In this document: positions 62,876 to 64,000 of the stretch, piece after piece | How positions within the stretch are numbered: the first letter of the stretch is position 1 | Layout: each line of letters begins with the position of its first letter | DNA from: Okamejei kenojei | Lineage: Eukaryota | Direction: 5' to 3' | DNA: 64,000 nt | Assembly (NCBI GenBank): GCA_035221665.1 | Contig: CM069133.1 | Span: 44,702,001-44,766,000 of the forward strand | Program-made: the position numbers and the translations under genes | The notes under the pieces: generated by a model | Database searches by the model: none | What the model was told of the DNA's origin: nothing | What the model saw: the letters and a program-made list of their open reading frames with translations, nothing else

Positions 62876-64000
62876 TCTAGACCTGCCAAGACGAGGTGCA
62901 ATGCCCGCTAACTTCGCCTGTCTACTTGCTGCCCATGGCCGATGCACCAGCTCTCCCGTCGCCTCTTGCCCGGCACCAAGTTCCAGGTTTTCACTGCTCC
63001 ACGCTCTGGGTCTCTGCTGTTCCAAGCTCCGGGCTCCGCTGCCTGACTCCAAGCACCACTGCTCCCCAGCCCAGGTCGGGCCCGTCTCGGACCACAGCTC
63101 CGGCTGTTCACCGCCTGAACTTGGTGCCCCTTCCCCCGGGCCTGGACTGTGACTCTCTCCCGGCACTGCGCTGCCGTTAAGGACCAGGGTTTTCTTCCTG
63201 CAGCAACATCCAGGTGACATTCGCCACTCCTCGCAGGGGTAAGTAAGTTGTTTTTTTGTTTTTTTTCGGGCACTAAGGACACAAGTTTGACTTTGCCGCC
63301 AGGCGCGAGAACGTGACCGTAGTGTGTGTAAGATAGTGTTAATTATCAAGAACCATCAGTTTTTACTGATACTTAATGTGATTTTTGTGTGTAATAAGTA
63401 GTGCTGTCTGCACTCTTATGCTGATACTAAAGTCATGAGCATTATTACTTTCAATGTTAATTTTTTGAATTATTGATAGAATTGGAGTCCATTGCCTAAG
63501 GCAAGACAGGACTATGCCTATATATATATTCCTTTTACATATCGGGATATTACGGATGAGCCCGATAAATTCTTGGTCAGCAATTTGTCCGAAATAGGAC
63601 GATAAACACTATGAGCCCTATTATTGGCCCTGTCACTTAGATGCTGAGAAAAAATGCAATCCACAAGGAACTCCCATGTATCTAATACTGATAAAATAAC
63701 TTTTACTGTCTACAAAAGACTTCCAATTTCTTATAAAAACAAAATATTGTTTTTTAATGCTATTTCTCCAAATTGCAAGTATAACATTCCTTTTGTACAT
63801 AATTGTTATATTGTTAAAACATTCATAGACCTCTTTGACTATCAAACTGTTATAATGGTCTGGTCAAACATGCAGATAACCAAATTCATATCTTCATGCC
63901 ATGGATGAATTTGTACAACAATAAATTACTTCAACTATGAGTCGTCATAACTTGTTCAAACATCACTCTCAACATTAATGAGAACCATGACGTCCGGTTT

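Larger units (their letters stand above)
58683..63325 (-). mobile_element. Near full-length Proto2-like non-LTR retrotransposon
   Basis: GC-rich 5' UTR, ORF1, ORF2 (APE-RT), aataaa plus (tta)n tail at ~58683-58710. Confidence 0.85.
58118..64000 (-). mobile_element. Degenerate DIRS-type tyrosine-recombinase retroelement interrupted by a Proto2-like LINE
   Basis: Terminal inverted motif gagggattacgtg / cacgtaatccctc (~58173 / 58340). YR-like remnants VILAIWRNSIKKQYFVFIRNWKSF (63633-63845), LLITHK (~63400), GW...YKEP (~58510-58580). Confidence 0.55.

Overview
Repeat-rich vertebrate genomic DNA, almost certainly from an elasmobranch (skate/ray-like), judged by HE1-type V-SINEs, HER1-like CR1 LINEs, Neptune-type Penelope elements and fish-type L1. 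There is a 500-N scaffold gap at 46967-47466. Most of the window is mobile DNA: CR1 (one full-length copy), L1, Rex1/Babar and its non-autonomous derivatives, Penelope-like elements carrying minimal hammerhead-ribozyme motifs, a Proto2-like LINE, a DIRS relic, hAT, Harbinger, Helitron-like and Crypton-like elements. The only host gene I can support is a + strand immunoglobulin-superfamily receptor that the ORF track mostly misses. Its exons are: leader 37835-37883; Siglec-15-like V-set with the F-R-V-E motif, ~45536-45945; two duplicated V-set exons, 48534-48893 and 50940-51303; C2-set plus transmembrane, 51968-52338; and possible cytoplasmic exons at 53386-53684. The TM carries an NKp30-like RxxxYAVxFL motif. 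The V exons contain frameshifts that may be gap-proximal read errors, and the gap separates V1 from V2. A direct duplication of the 3' flank (1-3610 vs 54303-57450) and a dead paralogous promoter/leader at ~12250-12575 indicate a tandem multigene cluster. All family assignments come from motif recognition by eye, with no database searches, and many repeat boundaries are approximate.
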